A stretch of DNA of 63,515 nt, the filler included, from Choristocarpus tenellus KU-1152 (Eukaryota; Protista; Phaeophyceae): assembly GCA_964200185.2 (NCBI GenBank). It is 10 parts of 10 records of this genome, joined end to end, with 100 filler letters (N's around TTAATTAATTAA, not from the genome) between each part and the next. Parts side by side here need not be neighbours in the genome. Positions count along the whole stretch, not along the records: positions 57,915 to 63,515 come from CAXNAD020010282.1; 9 more parts are not named here. One strand, given 5' to 3'. Of the stretch, positions 60,510 to 63,515 are shown in pieces. Within the stretch, counting starts at the first letter, position 1, and every line of letters starts with the position of its first letter. The position numbers were made by a program, and so were the translations under genes. A model generated the notes under the pieces. That model was given only the letters and a program-made list of their open reading frames with translations. It did no database searches and was not told where the DNA came from.

Positions 60510-61740
60510 GCCCATTGTCACCGTAGCTGGTTGTACTTTCCACAGTACTGTTAGAAGGTTTCGCCTCTGTCTCGTCTTGTCTTTCTCAGACTCCACCGTA
60601 GCCATGAACACTGAAGTACATGTTGTAGCATCATGGGCACGTCCACCACACTTGGTGCAAATGCGGTTTGGGGAACCTCCCTTCTCGTGTCCATTCTTAC
60701 TACACCTCTCACAAGGAACCTTCTCGGAACTTTTAGGGTTGGAATTAGAACCATTTTTCCTTCTTCCACCATGAAATTTACGTTCGACCCTACGACCCTG
60801 GCCGTTACGATGAGACTGATTCTTCCCCTGTGATGAGCTGTTAACAACCAAAGCATGCCTGTTCTTGTGTCTTGATTCCTTCCGCTCATGAAGGGAACCA
60901 TATCGCTCTCTAGCAGTTTTCTCTACGTCTGCTCGACAAAGTGTCCTCTGTGAGGCCATCATGCGTATCTCGGTATCGTAATCTGATCCGAGGGCACTCA
61001 GGTTAGGAGCAGCAGCTTGTCCGAGATGACCAGGTCCATTGATAGCAACCTCCCTTGTAGCTCTTCCAAGTTATTTAAGGTCAGGATCAGTTTCGCCCCC
61101 TTCACCTTTGAAATGAAAAACTAACGGAACAAATGTTGGCTATTACCCACTGTATTAGGCACGAACGAACCATCTATTGCTCAGAAAAGCTCGCTCAGGC
61201 TTAATTGCGTATAGCACAGAGCCCTTGTGATGGGTGCGACGAGAGCAACAATAAGTGCATGGTAAGCCTCTTCGGCCATCCAGATATTGTTCGCACTGAA
61301 GCCGTCCGAGACAAGTTCCTCGTAGGAGCGATCTTAGTTGACTGGCCTTTCACTTGTCAACGCATGAAAGCAGTGAGTATATTGGTAATGTACGATGAAA
61401 CGCCTCCTCCAGTCCTGGTAGTCCAAGTCGTCCAATAGTTTCGGTGGTTGGGTCCTTGATCTCTTTGTGTAAAGGCGAACAATATGTACTCCTGACCCCA
61501 AACTTTCCTAAGAACCGGACCTCTGGCTTGCCCCACCTCTGACGCTCACAGCATCCAAACTGCCCCCCCCTCTCTGGGAAATTTTCCATCAACATGGGTT
61601 CCGTAGTGTGCAATTTACCTTCGGAGGTAATGCTGTTTATCAGTAGTGAAGGCAAGAAGGTGTGAAGCCTCACACGGTTCCCCACCAGAAGAGTGACCTT
61701 TGTCGGGTGTCTTCTCATTGCTCGTTTTATTTATTTGTGT
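60510..61740 (-). mobile_element. Decayed LTR-retrotransposon gag (copia-like) with zinc knuckles
   Basis: LEELQGRL...ALGSDYDTEI.. gag-like helices followed by CERCSKNGH and CTKCGGRAHDATTC (CX2CX4HX4C); stops and frameshifts. Confidence 0.75.
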
Positions 61741-61849
61741 CTCCTAATTAAGTCCATGGTTATCTCAAAGTAGTTGAATGCAGACGAAAACCCCATACAT
61801 ATTCCCATTAATAATCCGGATGTACTATCTCATTAGTTACATTTCTCAT

Positions 61850-63000
61850 ACACAAAATAAGGTACACCTCACTATTGTCCTATTCTGCGCACATAGGGCC
61901 CACTTCGACTTATACATGCCCAGCCGGAGGCCGTATGCTGGGCACAGTGGCCTGGATGACGGGATGATTTCCGTCGCCGATTCTATCAGACTGCAACATG
62001 AGTTTGCCAACATTTCTTGACAGATCCACTACCGTCGTCATAAGCTGTCTGAATTCTTGAATAGATGGGTCCTCGGTATGAACAGGTAGAATCGCATCTC
62101 CTTGTGTAGACATGATGAAATGATGGGTTAGAAACCTAAGGTCCAATATTTTTTGTTAAAGTATCACCCAAATCATCCAAGAGGATAAAGGTGATAAGCC
62201 CAGCGAGATTGCTTGATGTCTGTAGAGAGATTGATTACGCTAAGTGGGGCATGCAGCACCCCGTAAAATCATTAATATTTCCTTTTATATATGAGAACTT
62301 TTCTCATACAGCTAATCACTAGTAAAAGGTTCTGATAAATCAACCACTAATGATTATTTTCTTACTCCAGACATATTTTACCGTAACTGTCCGATAGAGT
62401 TGGAAGAGTCTAATCGAACATTGCCCTGCCTTTTGCATCTGTAATAGCCTGCCTAAGCTCATCCAGGTTCCGACTCGGGTGCTTCGGAACCAGCACCCTG
62501 AAAGGCTCCTCCGTCCCTGGGGCTCTGGGTTGTGCTAGGAGAATACTCGCCCCCTTTGAGATGCCCGTCGTGGTGATCCAAAGCTGCATCACGTTCCTGG
62601 CGGGATTTGGGATCCTCTCCAGGGGCTTCCCTACGTCTACTGGTCCTCTGGGATCTTTCTAGTAGCCATGCTACCAGCTCTTGGATGTTCCCAGATGCCG
62701 CACGGGCAAACCTTTCCTCCTTCGAGAACTTTCCATCACTTGTCAGTAAGAGGCCAGATATCATTTGGAAGAGTTTGGACGCTCTGATGACCCCTATGGT
62801 TCGCGTTCCCCCCTCCAGCCTTGGGACGGTTACCTCATGTATCAGGAGATCCACTGTGTGCACGAGGGTGATTGTGTGGGCGGTGCGGAACCTGTCCGGG
62901 ACCTTCTTAACTGTGGTGATTTTTACCCACACTAGGTTCTCAATTCCAGACTTGGTCAAGGGCAGAAGCTGTTGAAACCTGAATCGAATGCAACTCAAGT
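61850..63000 (-). mobile_element. Decayed non-LTR retrotransposon, probably CRE-like clade, region N-terminal to RT
   Basis: RASKLFQMISGLLL...ERFARAASGNIQEL followed by GISKGASILL...APGTEE...KHP resembles, from memory, the pre-RT segment of CRE-type elements; interrupted at about 62147-62410. Confidence 0.5.
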
Positions 63001-63515
63001 GACATACACTATACTATACTATTTGTGTGGAACGCAGAGCGACTGTTCTGTACTAAGGTATTCTGATTGTAGTTGATGTGGTGATGACGAGCTAGTGAAA
63101 GCAACTTCCAGAACGTAAAGGACCAATCAACAGTCAGTGTTGACTGGTGGAACTGTATCGTATCAAGGAACAAACGGATGAGTAGCCTATGTTTTAACAG
63201 AAGCTACATTACATCCTGTGGCAACTTCAACAAGGTGTCCCTATATAGTAATGCCATTTTGATATGAAGGAGGTACATCATGAGTAGCGATTTTACACCT
63301 TGTCACACCTTGTACAACGTGTCCCTATATCTTAATCCCATTTGGACACCTTGTGGGGCGTACCTCGTGATACTACAGTACACAGAACGGACAATACAGT
63401 ACGACAGAAGCGCGCAAAAAACAAAATCGATCATGAGACCCAAAGAATCTTGGGGGGGGGGGGGGGGGTTAAATTAGTTAACGTCATAGAGGGCACGACA
63501 AAGATAAATGGAAGA

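Overview
Eukaryotic, intron-rich, transposon-dense DNA. It is not one locus: ten contigs are joined by an artificial 100-nt linker (44 N + TTAATTAATTAA + 44 N), so adjacency across linkers has no biological meaning. Intron style, TTAGGG repeats and TE types suggest a stramenopile, probably a brown alga or close relative (inference only). Host genes reconstructed by hand from splice signals and reading phase: (1) part of RFC1 (minus strand, with a GC-AG intron); (2) the 3' half of a membrane-anchored A1 aspartic protease with TSP1-like modules; (3) an apparently complete 3-exon ~192-aa coiled-coil gene; (4) a long low-complexity gene containing a 150-nt intron that looks like former exon; (5) a Ser/Thr/Arg-rich ORF followed 54 nt later, in the same frame, by a Glu/Val-rich spliced ORF. 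Most of the rest is decayed mobile DNA: two Tc1/mariner families (two copies each), three RTE-like LINE remnants, Ty1/copia, Ty3/gypsy and a CRE-like non-LTR remnant. There is also a very abundant MITE system (about 10 copies of a ~258-bp family plus about 9 ends or copies of a G-tract sister family) with GRG...CYC termini and 4-bp target-site duplications, which points to Sola-type transposons. I found no CRISPR array, rRNA or tRNA and no clearly new multi-gene system. The best leads are the two-family MITE system, the candidate intronisation event, the CpG/CAG decay signature, the protease architecture and the dense interstitial telomeric repeats. All coordinates were counted by eye; boundaries of decayed TEs are approximate.
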